A stretch of 64,000 nt of DNA from Lepidodermella squamata (lineage: Eukaryota > Animalia > Gastrotricha), in the NCBI GenBank assembly GCA_047495785.1, contig JBLDXI010000011.1, positions 558,001-622,000 on the forward strand, written 5' to 3'. Each line of letters opens with the position of its first letter. The first letter of the stretch is position 1. Under the pieces are notes generated by a model. That model was not told where the DNA came from and did not search any database. It worked only from the letters and a program-made list of their open reading frames with translations. The translations under genes and the position numbers were made by a program. Shown here piece by piece: positions 24,013 to 37,283 of this stretch.

Positions 24013-26604
24013 ATGACAACGGCTCTTTCGCAGGATTATTCGAATTTTATCAAATCAGCATGCGGGCAGGAAGTTAGACTTCAGGCCTTGGGGCTAAGGA
24101 ACAGCTATTTAGCTAACAGTTCCCTCAGCCATTCAGCCCTCAACGAGCTGCTACTGCCGTTTCGCAAAAATCTCGACTCGTTCTTCCTCGTTGCTATGGG
24201 CTACTTTAATTACCGTAATCCTTTCAAAACTGTAACTGTACGTTATTTAAATTTCGATTTTTCTCAAGATATGAATATCGGCTTCATGCTGGTTGAAGTT
24301 GGACTGGTGCGGAAGAAAAATGCGACTAATACGCTGGTAAAAAACGCAACTTTCGGATGTAAGTTCGGATGTTTGGCTGATTTTTTGGATCGTCGAAAAA
24401 TAGAATTCGAGCTTGGGATAAATTCAATAAAAAATTCCCCAAGTCGGGAAAATTCTCAATTTAATTTTTTTTTTAGGCACAAAATTCCTAAATTCTGGAT
24501 TTCGGAACCGAACTGTTACCGACGGCCAATTTACCAGTTATACTTTTTTCGGAGCAAATATCGATTTTCGGTATCGATTTCAAAAATCAGTGATTTTTCC
24601 GATTTCTCGCATTTTTAAATATCAAGGGCATATTCCATATACTTCAATTTTTAAAATTTAAAATTTTAAAATAATTTGAACAGGTGGGCTAAAAATTTAA
24701 TTCTGAACTGATCAGCAATTTGATTTTTAAATTAATAAAAATTCGAAATTCCACTTCGATTTACAGTTTCTTATTCTTCGATTTTTGAGATTTTATGATT
24801 AATTTTGTAATTTTTTAGTCGTTCAAGCTTTGGCGTTTTTCGCCATCGGTTTCGGGCTCGGATTCGGCGATAGCTACAACAACGCGATAGGAACATCTTG
24901 GTTCGGCTTCAAACGAAACCCAGAAAACCCAGATTTCGCGTTATGGCTCTTCGAATACGCGTTTGCTGGAACCGCCGGCGCCATCGTGACGGGTTCCATC
25001 GCTGAACGCTGCCAACTAGCCGGCTATTTGATATACATTTTCTGGACAGCGGCCTTCACGTACCCTATGGTGGTTAGTTGGGCGTGGAACTCGGATGGCT
25101 GGCTGAAACTGGGCGGCGTCTACGAGTTCCAGGATGGAACCACTCAGCGGATTGGGTACCTGGATTTCGCTGGCTCGGGGGTTGTCCACCTTTCTGGTGC
25201 TACTTCAACAATAAGTGAGAAAAAATTTAAGTATTTCAAAAATATTAAAAAATCGTAGCTGACATTTTATTTTCATTTTTCAAAAATGTTATTCAAAAAT
25301 TCGTAATAATTTTTTTTTAATTCACAAAAATTACGGGAATCGATGTGATTAATTTGCAGTTTACCTGTTGTTTCTTGGTCCTCGAATTGGTCGGTTCAAA
25401 TCGAACGGCGAGTCGGTGGAATTTCCAGTTCGAGACTGGCCAATCGTTACATTCGGCGCCATGATTTTATTCACCGGTTTCCTCGCCTTCAATTCTGGAT
25501 CTCAGTTATCGATAAGCCGACTCGAAGACTATTCACCCGTGGCTAAAGCTACGGCTAATACATCAATAACATCATCAGCCGGATTTCTATTCGTCTTACT
25601 CGTATACAGGTATTTTGAATTTTGATTTTTTGAAAAATTTCAATTTTCCAATATTTAGGATTTCCAAATTTAAATCAGTTCGAAAAATTTCAATTGGAGA
25701 ATTTTTTTCAAGTTCTAATTTCAAAACTAAAATTATTTCGATAGTAATGCAATTTTAAAATTTCAAAAATCCAAATTTCAATTTTCTCAACAATTAATTT
25801 TATTTCGCAGATTTTATTATCGAAAATGGTCGTTGAGAGGTTCAATCGGGGGCGGTTTGACGGCCTGTGTAGCCAGCTGTTGTTCGGCCAACATTGTCGA
25901 AGGCTACGGCGCCTTCGCCATCGGAATTCTAGGCGGCCTCATGTACATTTTCATGATGTGGCTCCTCGTGAAATGCCGAATCGACGACGCAGCCGATGCC
26001 GTTCCAAGTTTGCTTGAATTCCACTTTCGTCCATCAATTTTATTTCAATTTTATTTTCAGTACATTGGGGAGGTGGATTTGTCGGAGTTTTAGCCGAAGC
26101 TTTTCTGAAACCTGATAGAGGAATCCTATACAATTGGGACCAAGCTTCAGGATACGTAAGTTTTCAACTTTTGGATTTCCCCAAATTTTTTAGAATTTTA
26201 TTTAAATTTATAAATTTTCCAAATTTGAAAATTATGATTTGAAATTTTATTTTCATGATTATTTTCATTTCTAAATTTTATTCTATTAGGTCCTAGCTTG
26301 GCAAGTGTTGGGAATGGTTGTAATCATGGTTTTCTCATCCGCCTCAACCTATTGCCTATGCGTAATCCTAAAAGCGTTCAATTTAATGCGGGTCGATCGC
26401 GAAACCGAACTCGAAGGCCTCGACATAGGCCACGGCCATGAAGAATGCTTCCAGACCGAAAAAACGCTGCTAGACACGCTATCAGAGGAAGATCTCATCA
26501 TAAACGGGCCGAAAATGCCGTGGCCTAAGTTGAGCAATGGCAACGATTGGTGCCTGGCGGATCTGAGCCGAATTTCAACGGCTTTCCGAATGAATGACCC
26601 ATAA
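24013..26604 (+). CDS. amt: Ammonium transporter paralog B, 7 exons (approx. 24013-24214, 24269-24358, 24819-25214, 25360-25609, 25811-26007, 26061-26155, 26290-26604)
   Basis: MNIGFMLVEVG, FEYAFAGTAGAIVTGSIAER, DFAGSGVVHLSG, LGPRIGRF, FLAFNSGS, IDDAADAVPIHWGGG, RVDRETELEGLD. Confidence 0.92.
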
Positions 26605-26804
26605 TAATAACCTCTGAAAATAAGCTGAAAGCAATAAAAATAAATACTCATTATTTTTTGTAAAAATCGTGTTGAAGTTACGGGAATAAAATTTGAGCAT
26701 GACTATTTTTTGCGATAATCCCTAAATAATCCTGGCTGCAAGTTTTTTTTTCACATCTTTCCTACTACCTTGACGGATTTCATGTATCATTTATTTCGTT
26801 TAAA

Positions 26805-28387
26805 ATGTGTTTAAAATTAGTGATAATTTTGGCAATGGTTTTCGGTTGTTTTCTCGATTCTTCCGAGGCTCAGGATGACCCGACCGGGTTGCGGCTCATT
26901 CACCCGAGGCTGTTAAATTGGCTATATGGCGAGACGGCGACTATGCCGACTACGACGCGATTCGCCCCAGGATCGAGCGGCGATGATACTGATAACGAGA
27001 AAAATTGTGGGAATACAACTTACCCGATTAAAGGCTACCCTTGGACGGTAAAATCCCAAATATCACACATCGAGCATCATAAAAAAAATCGGAAATTTTT
27101 CGTTGAAATTTCAGCAGATTTATAGAGAATATTTTCAGAAAATTCCCGATTTTTCAAAACAATAATTCACATTTTTTGAAATTTTTTGTCTAGGTTATGA
27201 TAGCGCTGTATTACAATCAAACTCAATGGACGTGTTCGGCAGTTTACCTGGGCAACAGGTGGTTTTTGACGAATGCCAACTGCCTAGCAAGATGGCTGTA
27301 CTTCATGTAAGGAATTGTCTTATTATTGCTTGGAAATTTTAGAAAAAAAAGAAATAAATTTCGGAAATTCAGAAATTTCAAATTTTAATATCATTATTTA
27401 AAATTTGGCAATTTATTTTAATTTTTTGGGTAAATTTAAATTTTGAAAATATTTTTTATTTAATTGTTTTAGGACCGGTTATCAAAACAAGATTCAGATA
27501 TCGCTAATTTTCCAAAACGACGCATCAGCTAGCGAAAATTTTGCCTTCGTCAACGCTCTGACAATCACGCACCCTAAATATGTCACCGAATCAGTCGACC
27601 GTGTCGCATCGCGGCAATTCGACTTTACGCTGTTGAAAACGTACGACCTGCCTAGGTACGTATTTCGAGGCCAGTTGCAACACATTTGCCTGCCGGATGA
27701 GACTGTACTGTGCAAATTGATGGAGCTGGGCGATCAAGCGTGCCAGCAAACAATTTCTACAGGGTGGCCACAAACGTCTCAATACCCGATCCCACGGCTT
27801 AATATGACAGTTTTAGGTAACATTTCATGCCTGGAACTTAATTTGAAAATCCTAATTTGAAATTTGAAATTTTCAAAATTTTTAACTTTTTCCTTTCATC
27901 GAAATTTCAAAAATATAAAAAAAATAAATAAATAAAAAATAAATAAAAAAATCCGAAATAATTTTGAATTTTTTTTTAAATTTTCTGAAAATTTCAAGTT
28001 TTTTTTGAAAAAATCATGTAAATTCAAGAAAATATTTTTTTACAATTGTTAGATAGCTTATCAATTCAGCCTCGGAGTAATTGCAACACAGCGGCCTATC
28101 AAATAAATACCGGCACGTCGCAAATTTGCACGAATTTGACGTATTCTGAATTTTTACGCTGGCCCAATCAAGCGTGGCCGCTGTATTGCAGCCGGCCAGA
28201 CGATGCGGCGTACAGTGACGGGAACACTGATTTCATCGAACGGCGTAAATTGTACGCTATAGGCTTGGCTGCTCAGGCCGTTCGATTGAGGGACAACACA
28301 ACGGTGGCTAATATGGTCTACAACAACATTTGCAACGTTCTGCCGTGGATTAAAACAACAATTGAAAATAATGACAAAAATTCGTGA
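26805..28387 (+). CDS. Secreted trypsin-fold (S1) serine protease homolog, catalytically inactive; 4 exons (approx. 26805-27047, 27193-27306, 27473-27817, ~28052-28387)
   Basis: Signal peptide; YPW, CSAVYLGNRWFLTNANC (TAAHC His to Asn), HPKY, FDFTLLK, ICLP, TGW, WPNQAWPLYC (no GDSGG), VLPWI. Confidence 0.8.
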
Positions 28388-28607
28388 CAGAAAATCTGAT
28401 TTTATGATGGTTCGATTTAAAAAATTAGATAGAATAAATCGTGGATTAGAAGCAAAAATTGGAAAAAATGAAGTGAAGCAAGGTGTATCCAAAATGTCTA
28501 CAACTGGGTCATTTTTCATCCTGTTATTCAAAATTGAAGTTTCACCGTAGTTCTCAGTTTTATTCACCGATTAATTCGAAATCTATTCAAAGGGTCGTCG
28601 AATTTTG

Positions 28608-29847
28608 TCATGTTGAGCACGATTCGAAGCTAACACCGTAAACTGTTACCGAATTCGGTACCATTTTAGCCGTTGATCCCAAATTTTGAACACTTGCACA
28701 GCAACTTTGATATGACGGGAAAGTCTGCAAGCAAAATCACATCACTCTTAATTTTTTCCTCAATTAAATATTTCGATAAAGAATTTTTCAAAATTGACCA
28801 ATCTCCAAAAAATTGAAATTTTTATAATATTCGACAGTTTTTTAAATTTCAAAAAAATGTAAAAATTTCAAAGACTCGGAATTTTGGTTCGTAAAATGGA
28901 AATATTTACCGCATCATTTGTGTCTTTGCTGACGCAAGTATCAGGAAATCGCAAGCAGTATCGTTTAGAATCAGTCGTCGAAATGCAGCGGCGATAAGCA
29001 TTGCTCACCCTGTTGTGACAGATCCCAACAACAACTGACTGGCCGTTGATGAATGCTGTCAGCGAGTCGTAGAAAGGCACCTGAACACCCAAAGCTGTTG
29101 AATTAGAATCGGCGCAACAGGCTGAAAAGCTGGTGTACGACAACATCGGAGCCTGTGGGGTTGGGAAATTCGGAATTTTCGGGTAGAAATCTGAGATTTA
29201 TTACCAGGACTGATAAGACTGGCGATGAATCGATCACGGTTTGGCAGAAGCGAATCTCCGGGACAGGTGTGGGTTGCAAATTAGCCAGCATTCGAAACAT
29301 CCAATAACGATTCTGAACAAACAAAAATGCCATAAATTTCTAGGTAATTTGTGCAAAAAATCCTGCATTCTCTACTTATTTGAATATGCAAATTAGCCTA
29401 AATTTCAGTGAATATTCAAATTAAATCGAAAAATGTTGAATATGCAAATTAAGTTTTGTGAATATTCATAATCACTCAATATGGAAATTACCCCATGTTT
29501 GGGTGAATATTCAAATATTTTAATTAATTACTGGTGCATGAATAATAATTTATTCGTGAATATGCAAATAAGGATATCTAAAATTTATGAATATTCTAAT
29601 TAGAAAACTATCTAGCAAAGAAATCTTCATTCAGTCTTACCACCGAATTTCCGCAGCTCTGTCCAGTAGAACACGTCGTGTTTGTGCTGCAAGTTTCGCC
29701 TGAAACGCATAAACTAGCCGAGCTGATACATGTTTGCGGGCTCGGGCAGTTCGCAACAGCCGGTGGGCAAGTGCTTGGGGTCGTCACAGTCACCGTACAA
29801 GCCGAAATCACTTGCAGAGTGACGCAGAAAATCGCTAGAATTTTCAT
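28608..29847 (-). CDS. Secreted Cys-rich protein CR1 of an unrecognised family; 4 phase-0 exons (approx. 29847-29641, 29312-29205, 29152-28910, 28725-28608)
   Basis: Signal peptide MKILAIFCVTLQVISA; Cys/Ser/Thr-rich exon 1; FSACC, YCLRFPDTC, YQSCC, YGVSFESC; canonical splice sites. Confidence 0.75.
29381..29601. promoter_or_regulatory. Cluster of GAATATKCAAAT motifs, including three perfect octamers ATGCAAAT, in intron 1 of CR1
   Basis: About 8 copies of TGAATAT(G/T)C(A/T)AAT-like sequence within 220 bp. Confidence 0.35.
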
Positions 29848-31782
29848 TTTTCCTCATTGAAAAAACAGAGAGCAAACACGTTTTTACCTAGCCGCAAATT
29901 CTTTGTAATGTTTTTACTCACGAGTTTGATTTTGCTGTATATGAGTAATGCTTGAACTGCTAAGCCGGATTATCCGACGCGAACTCGGTTTGCCTCGGCT
30001 GGTTGTGGCAGCAACACGACAGTTAAAATTGTCTTTACATCAATCGAGTCTTTACATTTTGAATAAGCGATTGCTAATCTTAATACTCTGAATTAGCTGA
30101 ATTAGCTGTTAAAAATTATCAAAGAGATATTTTTATTTCATTTTACTAGACTATACAGGCGCCCGCAAGCGGGCGCCCTGGATGTCGTTTCGAAAGAAAT
30201 AAACGGCTTTCATTATTCCCGTTACATCTTCCTGCATTCACTTTATTCAAGCATAAGTTCATCGAAGAGCAACTTTTTATCTGGCATGACCTGAAGGCTA
30301 CAGACAGAAGGCGCGCAACTGTATGATAAAAATGCACAAATTGCTTACAAAGTTTATTTCTTAATACTTACGATATTATCAACTTAAACAACATTATTCA
30401 ATTTTTCAAAACAGCACTGTCAAACTCTTGGTTTCAGCGTTATATATATGCTAAGCGTTTGAATTTTGATATCGCGATGCCAGTCAGCAGTCAGTCGCAT
30501 TCCAGCATTGAGTTCAGAAAGATGGCACCAACGGCAAAGCTTGCTAAGACCTGTTATTATCACAACATAGAGTGCAGCCTAGCTAAGAATCGGTGATCTT
30601 ACCTCCATGTGAATACGTAACACGGCTACAAATCAATTTAATTGAGCAACAGTTTAGCCATACTCAACTCTTTCTCATCTCCACATCACGTAACTGAGGG
30701 AGTTTTGATCACAGAGAATTCATAAAAATGATCTAAAGCCGTCAGAATTAATTAAACAACAAATAACCTAAAATTACGAACCGGTTAAGATACAATGCAT
30801 GAGTTAATTATACTTGATCAGGGACGAATACTTGTCCTGGATCTCGTACCGCCAACTCGCATATTTCATCTATATACTTTTCTTTTAAATGTTCGAATGT
30901 TTGATTTCTCAACTCAGAGATTGGTTTTATTCAACCAAGTAGCAGAGCTTATTTGTGAGAAATGAGAATAGCAGTGCAGGTAGAAAGTTTGTTTCTCTAC
31001 CGAAGGCTTATTGAGAATGAAGGATCATGAATGGATAACAGAATAGCGGAATGGAAGGTAGCCAAAGGGTCTACGTTCTAGTTGCACAATATGCCACTCT
31101 AACTCATAGCTCATAGTTAATCATAAGATCCGCGAAAGTTACGCAACCTTGTTGGAAGCAGTACTCACTTCTCACTTCATCATAGCATGCAACATGGAAC
31201 GTATCCCTTGCTATACGCTTATACTCAGTGATAAGAACATCTCACTGATCTACTATCTATAATAAGTTGAATAAGAGATAATGAGATATGATATAGATTG
31301 GCGGAGTAATAGAATTAAAACCAATGCTTGGACGAATGTTCAGACAACAGGTAACGCAAGGTCGAGATGTGATCAAGGTTATTGGTGATCTCTCAGGACT
31401 CGGGATGGGTCTTTCTGGCTTGAAATTTGCGCGGTTCTTACGCGGTCAATGTCTTTTAGGGCAATTCTTTTTAAATCTATATAAGAATTTAAACTAAGAA
31501 TAAAAGCGGTATTAAAAACGATTTTACCATTCGTTCGGCCAACGTTTCGCAGGTTTTGCGCTCCCGTCGCCTACCTGGCTGCCGACGAACGCCGCGCGCC
31601 GCGCAAAAATGTTTTGAAGGTCAAATCAAATTTTTTATTTTTAACCAAATGTGAACATCAAAAATATTGATTTCTGAAATTTTGATTATTAGTTTTCTTT
31701 GTATTTCTGGTTGCCGGTTCACCGTCACTTGTCGTTTTAGTAGTTTAGATTATTTAGCCACTGGCATTCTTTTGTGGTGAAG

Positions 31783-32908
31783 ATGAAACTCGGGCAATTT
31801 TTGCCGATTTTAAGCGTAATTTTTGGCGTCGAAAGTTGTGTAACTCCTACCACGTCGACTGCATCGTCTCCTTCGACCCCATGCCCCTCTCAGCAATCCT
31901 CCTGCCCTCCTACTACCACGTGCGGCCTGTCAACATCAGCTTGCCCATCAAGCCAAATTTGCATTAAAACAGCCACTGGCTGCCAAGGAACCGACCGATG
32001 CTCGCCAACACCTGTAAACTTCCATTTTAATAGGGAATAATTTTTCAGAACATTTTTGGATTTAGGGAAGCTTTATCCAGTGCAGCATGTCAACCAACTC
32101 CATTTCGAACCAAGCAACGTTTAAATATTGCATTCAAGGATCAAATTGCATTATTTCAGTCGCAACTCAGGTAAAAAATTTCAAACAAAACTTTGAAGTT
32201 TCACTATCTTAGTAATAATGAATTTTATTTGAAAATTTCACGTTTTAATTTTTATTCGAAATAAATTTATTATTTTTTATTATCATTTTTATAATAAATT
32301 TATTCGAAATAAATAAATAAAATCGTAAATTTAGTCAAACTGAATTTTTGAAAATTTATTCTTTTCTTTTGAATTTCTTTCAGGCTTCGACTGTAATCTA
32401 TCCGTCGATGGATACGTGTTGCCTGGCTTTGAATACGTCCACATCAGCGCCTGATATCGTCTTTGACTCATTTTATTCCCAGTCAAGCGTGACGACTTAC
32501 CTGTACTGCGTTCGCCAGAGCCTAAAATATCGGAAATGCCTATCGGTCTCTCAATCTAAGCCCTATTGCGTTCGATTCCCTGAAACATGCGCTGCTAGCG
32601 ATGCTACAAGCCCGGTAGGTGCAATAAATATGTATTATGGCCCTCGACTTGATAATATCCTCATATTCGGTTTTTTATAAATTAAAATTATTAAATAAGT
32701 TTTTGAAAAAGTTATTAAAAGTTTTTAAATTCTGGATTCGAATTATCGAAAATTTCATTTTTTTTCGATTTTTTTCAAGGTTCCCAATTCATACACTGCG
32801 TATCGAGACTGTTGTGATGCGATCATTTCGAGTTCATCAAACGGCGCCAAGTACGAACTCGATAGCAGCTTGTACGGCTTGGGCGTTGATAAATGTTCAC
32901 AAATCTAG
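31783..32908 (+). CDS. Secreted Cys-rich protein CR2 (same family, divergently oriented to CR1); exons approx. 31783-32013, 32066-32170, 32384-32614, 32780-32908
   Basis: Signal peptide MKLGQFLPILSVIFGVES; FKYC, MDTCC, YCVRFPETC, YRDCC, YGLGVDKC; four phase-0 exons. Confidence 0.78.
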
Positions 32909-33099
32909 CAGACCAAACAATGACCTACATCTCGTGACCTGTGATAATATAAAATTTATTGGATAAAGCGAAAAATCCAGGTTTATTTCCAAGTTCTATC
33001 GTTTTTAAATTATAGGTACTCTCAGCAAACGTTGAGTGATCCAGTAATATGATGAGAAAATGAGGCATTTCCCTCCGGGTCACATGTAACGATATATTA

Positions 33100-36000
33100 T
33101 TACTTCGGGAAAAAAAATCCGACGACTATGACAACACTAGCCAGGTTCATGGCAGATATTGCGATCCTCTGATGTTCCTGGTCACTGAAAATCGCCCCAG
33201 CTATGACAACTCCGGCTGCGAGGAGCAGCACAATGCCGTAGAAGCACCTCACTACATTCTGCAAGTCACTGATCGCCTCAATCTTGATCTGGAAACATGA
33301 ATCCTAAGAAAGATCAAGTACGAAAAAGCTCTCAACTTACGTTTCTTAGCACGAAAGCTAAAAAGGTTCCCCGTAACACGAGAACCGTGAAGGTTGAACA
33401 AAACAGACCAATGATGACGCTAGCTGTTAAGCCCAGGCGATACAGGTGAGTGACTTCTCTATAGGCAATCGAGTTGTCGTCGGACAAGAATTTCGGCTGG
33501 CCGATTGCTGAATACGTTTCAATGGGATCTGCCGAGAACCACACCAAAAGGAGTACCAGGCTGATAGATACGAGCCCACCAATGTACATGTAGAACTTCC
33601 TCAGGCTAGCTTTCAGTGTTACCTCCTTTGTTCGCCCGGAAATCTTACTAGCTTTCGACTTGTGAGAGAAGCTACTAATCACTGTCAAATTGTCTCCATT
33701 TCGCTTCTTACCACCCTGCGCTTGAAACTGAAGATTGCCGAACTCTAGCTTGAATACAAGGCCCAGTAATATGAACATAATGCCCAACAGCAGAAACGAA
33801 AATGAAGCCATGTAACAAGCGGCCAATTTCGCGACGGCAATTTGAGGTAACAACAAGTTCGAAATAGTGAGAAATACGCTGCCAACGAAGATAAGTATTG
33901 AAGATTTCCGGCGAATCGCTGAATACGTGGATAAGACCACAGAGATTGTCAATTCTAAAGAGCTGAAAACTGTTATAGTGACGTAAGATTCAAACGAAAG
34001 CAACGGCTTCAAAATTTCGAAAATCTTCGCGGAATCACTAGGAGCGGAACCTGTCTTGGTTTGCCACTTCATTTTACCAGGGATAAAGTCGATTTTCCCG
34101 CTACGGCTGTTGAGTTTAGCAATTGGTATCATGTCCAATCTGAGAGATCCTGGGACAGGTTGGTACTGGAATACCCCTGTTACGACATTTCCTGCTGTAT
34201 TCAAAGTAGTTTCTCTTTCAAAACCGATATCTCCGATTTTGCTGGAGATTCTAGTCGAGAATAATGCTTCCTTCATTTTACCAACAATCGAAGAACCAGT
34301 ACTCCGAAATCTTTCTCCATTCGTAAGCCAATCTGTCAGTGATTGGTTTTCTTTCCCAAGAAGTTCCTGAGTAGAATTGAGTACATGAGCCGCGAGAAGA
34401 ACGCTGTCGTAGCAGTAATGACGAAGGCCCCATCCGTTCCGTAACTGCGGATTGTCGAGTCTCGCCAGCAAAGTTTCATCGAAATCCGATCCAGAATTTC
34501 CGAAAGAGTCCACCGCAGCCATTTGATCCAGTGCCATCATGTTCGAGTATCCAAAGGCGATGAAACTTTGCAGTACTTCCCTGAGCATTGTCTCAGTGCA
34601 CCAGGGTGAAAATCGCAGCGGGTCATTCGGGTTGAACGCAGTAAGGGTCGATGAGAAAATAACGTAACTAGGGCCGAAGAGTTTGTAGCGGTGCAGCCAG
34701 CACGCGATTCGAACAGCGGAGCTTGAGACTATGATGATAATTCTATGATCGGTCTTACTCATCTCCTCAACAGCTGCCCGAATGCTTTCAGAATCCGGTA
34801 GAGGGCCATTTACTAGCGGGATTTTGTAGAGCCCTGAGATGGTGATATTGAACTTTTTCTCGACAAGACTGGTGAATGTGTTATCGGAAATCAGCGTTGA
34901 ATCCCGTATGTCGGAAATCATCGCGAGTTTCCGCCATTTCATCACAGCCATGAATGCTGCTATGGATTCTTGAATTTCGTTGAGAGAGGGCGATGTTACG
35001 AAGAAGTTTTGAAAACGCCCACGTTTCGTAAATATTTCCGGCGGGACAGTGAATGGCGCAAACTAAAGGTATGAAAAGAATAAGGAATTTGAACTTTCAT
35101 TAGTAAAAAAATAAAATCAATAAATCAATAAAATAAAGGGTCGTTATATTCCTGCTTAAATAAGTACGCGTTTTTTGATATCCATACTTAAATAAGCACG
35201 CGTTATTTGATATTCGTACTTAAGCAGCTTTCCGCTTACGTAATATTCGAATTTTTTCGACGAAAATATTCAGCTTTTAAAACTGTGTAAGAATCATATC
35301 TCACCCAGGAAGCTGGGATAACTTGGACTTGTCAAATTTGATGGCAAAATCTGGGGTTTCTCCCTATTTTCATCAAGTTGGATCTAAGGTTCAGGACCTT
35401 TTAGGTTTCCTGAGCTTTCCAACCCTAATTTCATGTTTTTGGATGCAAATTTGACAAGTCCAAGTTATCTTAGCTTCCTGGGTGAGATATGATTCTTACA
35501 CAGTTTTAAAAGCTGAATATTATGGTCGAAAAATTTCGAATATTACGTAAGCGGAAAGCTGCTTAAGTACGAATATCAAAAAATGCGTACTTATTTAAGT
35601 ACGAATATCAAAAAATGCGTGCTTATTTAAGTACGAATATCCACTCCGTAAAATAATTAGTTAACAAAATTAGAAAATTAATAAAATTAGTTAATAAATA
35701 AAATTAATCAATTATCGAAAGCGTTCGGCTAGAGGCTGGAGCGAGCATTCAAGATATAGGTATCAATGAAATAAATAAAAAGGAACTTACACTAATGACA
35801 TTGAAATGCTGCAGAGTTTGAGCCAGGCCGTAGTGAACGGAACACGAGGCGAATAGGTAGATGGGCAGCCGGTCGCTGGCGAATTCGTTCGCCGACATTT
35901 CCGCAAAGAACCTGCGCATTGCCGTTGGTTCGTTGCACTATAAAATACGATTCATGTCAAATCTTCATTTCTATTCCAAGCTCACCATATCATCGATTGG

Positions 36001-36273
36001 ATCGATTACCAGCTCGATATCGGTCAGAAAGTTCGGCATTCGTTTGATGCTGTCGAGAGCGTATCGTACGCCTTCCGTACATATTGGACCGAGTGGATTC
36101 GTGAAGCCAGCGTAGTTGCAAGACAGTGGTATGCTGACGGTTGTGCGGCTCGCGTTGTAGCCAGTGGCGGTGATTCTACGCGGTATGGACGCATTCAGCG
36201 CAATTTTCGTCTGCGAATGTCCTATTTCGACATGCGTGAGGATAAGTATAACAGTTATCAGTCGTGGTGACAT
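33100..36273 (-). CDS. Class C GPCR-like receptor (Venus flytrap plus 7TM, GABA-B-like); 4 exons
   Basis: Signal peptide, VFT-like region (KWRKLAMI, DHRIII, YCYDSV, WQTKTGSAPSD), seven hydrophobic segments ending GFFFPK*; exons approx. 36273-35986, 35938-35791, 35062-33341, 33289-33100. Confidence 0.75.
35137..35648. mobile_element. Foldback MITE with ~200-bp TIRs and ~31-bp subterminal tandem repeats, in a GPCR intron
   Basis: Arms GATATTCGTACTTAAGCAGCTTTCCGCTTACGTAATATTCG...GGACTTGTCAAATTTG and their reverse complement; possible TAAAATAA target duplication. Confidence 0.85.
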
Positions 36274-36900
36274 TTCAACTATGTCAGAGATCAGAGAAAA
36301 TGGGAAGATTCGCGTGTTATATCGAACAAGAAACTAGGGGCAGGAAGTAATAACTGACGCATTATCGCGTGCGCGTCTTTGAGTGTCTGTGTTGTGTTAA
36401 GCTAATGAAGGCGTGGCAAACTGAACGCTGATGGTAATCGGAAATGGGGCATGGGGACATTGCGATGGGTATTACATTCGAACGTTGTGTCGAATGAATT
36501 CACGAGTCTTTTCCGTAAACCAGTCGTGAAATTCTTTCCTCGGAAGTTACTTACTCAGTCATTCATCAACTGATTTTCCTGTCACAGGATAGTCTGTGTT
36601 TCAATCCGCTCAGCACGTGGGCCGCTAAAAGCCCGTTGTCATTATGTGTACTGGCTTGAAGCCAAGCTGTCCTTCATATAAGGATTATGTATGATACTAA
36701 AATCGAAATGATTATCACAGAGAGCGAAGCATGACAGCCGAACTGGTGAGGATAAGGGAAATCGCCCCCCTTTGACTGAGTTCACCTATTGAACTGGTAG
36801 GGATGATCCCTAACATCCCTAGTGGCACTTCGCTCCCTAGATTATCAGATTCGGAACATGTATCCCCTGCCCAAAGAGCATCCCCAAAGAGAATCACCGA

Positions 36901-37010
36901 ACTAAGGGGTATTTTCGGGGCCTAATTTTATGACCGAAAAGTCTGTGGTTTTTTTTTTGGGGGGGGGGGGGGTTCACTTTGGCATTGCGAACTGGGGGTA
37001 CGATACCCCC
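36901..37010. repeat. Dispersed ~110-bp repeat, second copy at ~60667-60772
   Basis: ACTA.GGGGTATTTTCGGG.CC...TTTATGACC...GAACT.GGGGGTACGATACCCC present at both sites. Confidence 0.7.
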
Positions 37011-37283
37011 ATTTCGATGCCCTTACAGATGCCCTTACAGGATCTCATAGACTTATCATATCTTACAACTCAAACTTTCATTGAACTTTCATTACAACTC
37101 AAACTGATGATTCCCAACTGAAATACCGGAAAAATTCGGTATGTTTTGTTGTTTATTTCGAACCGACATGAAATGTGTTACTAAAATGATGTATTCCAAT
37201 AACGCTGATCGAGTAAATAGTTCATGAATTAGGCATTCAAAGGTAAAATAGTTGAAAATTCATTGGAAAATGGTGAACAAATG

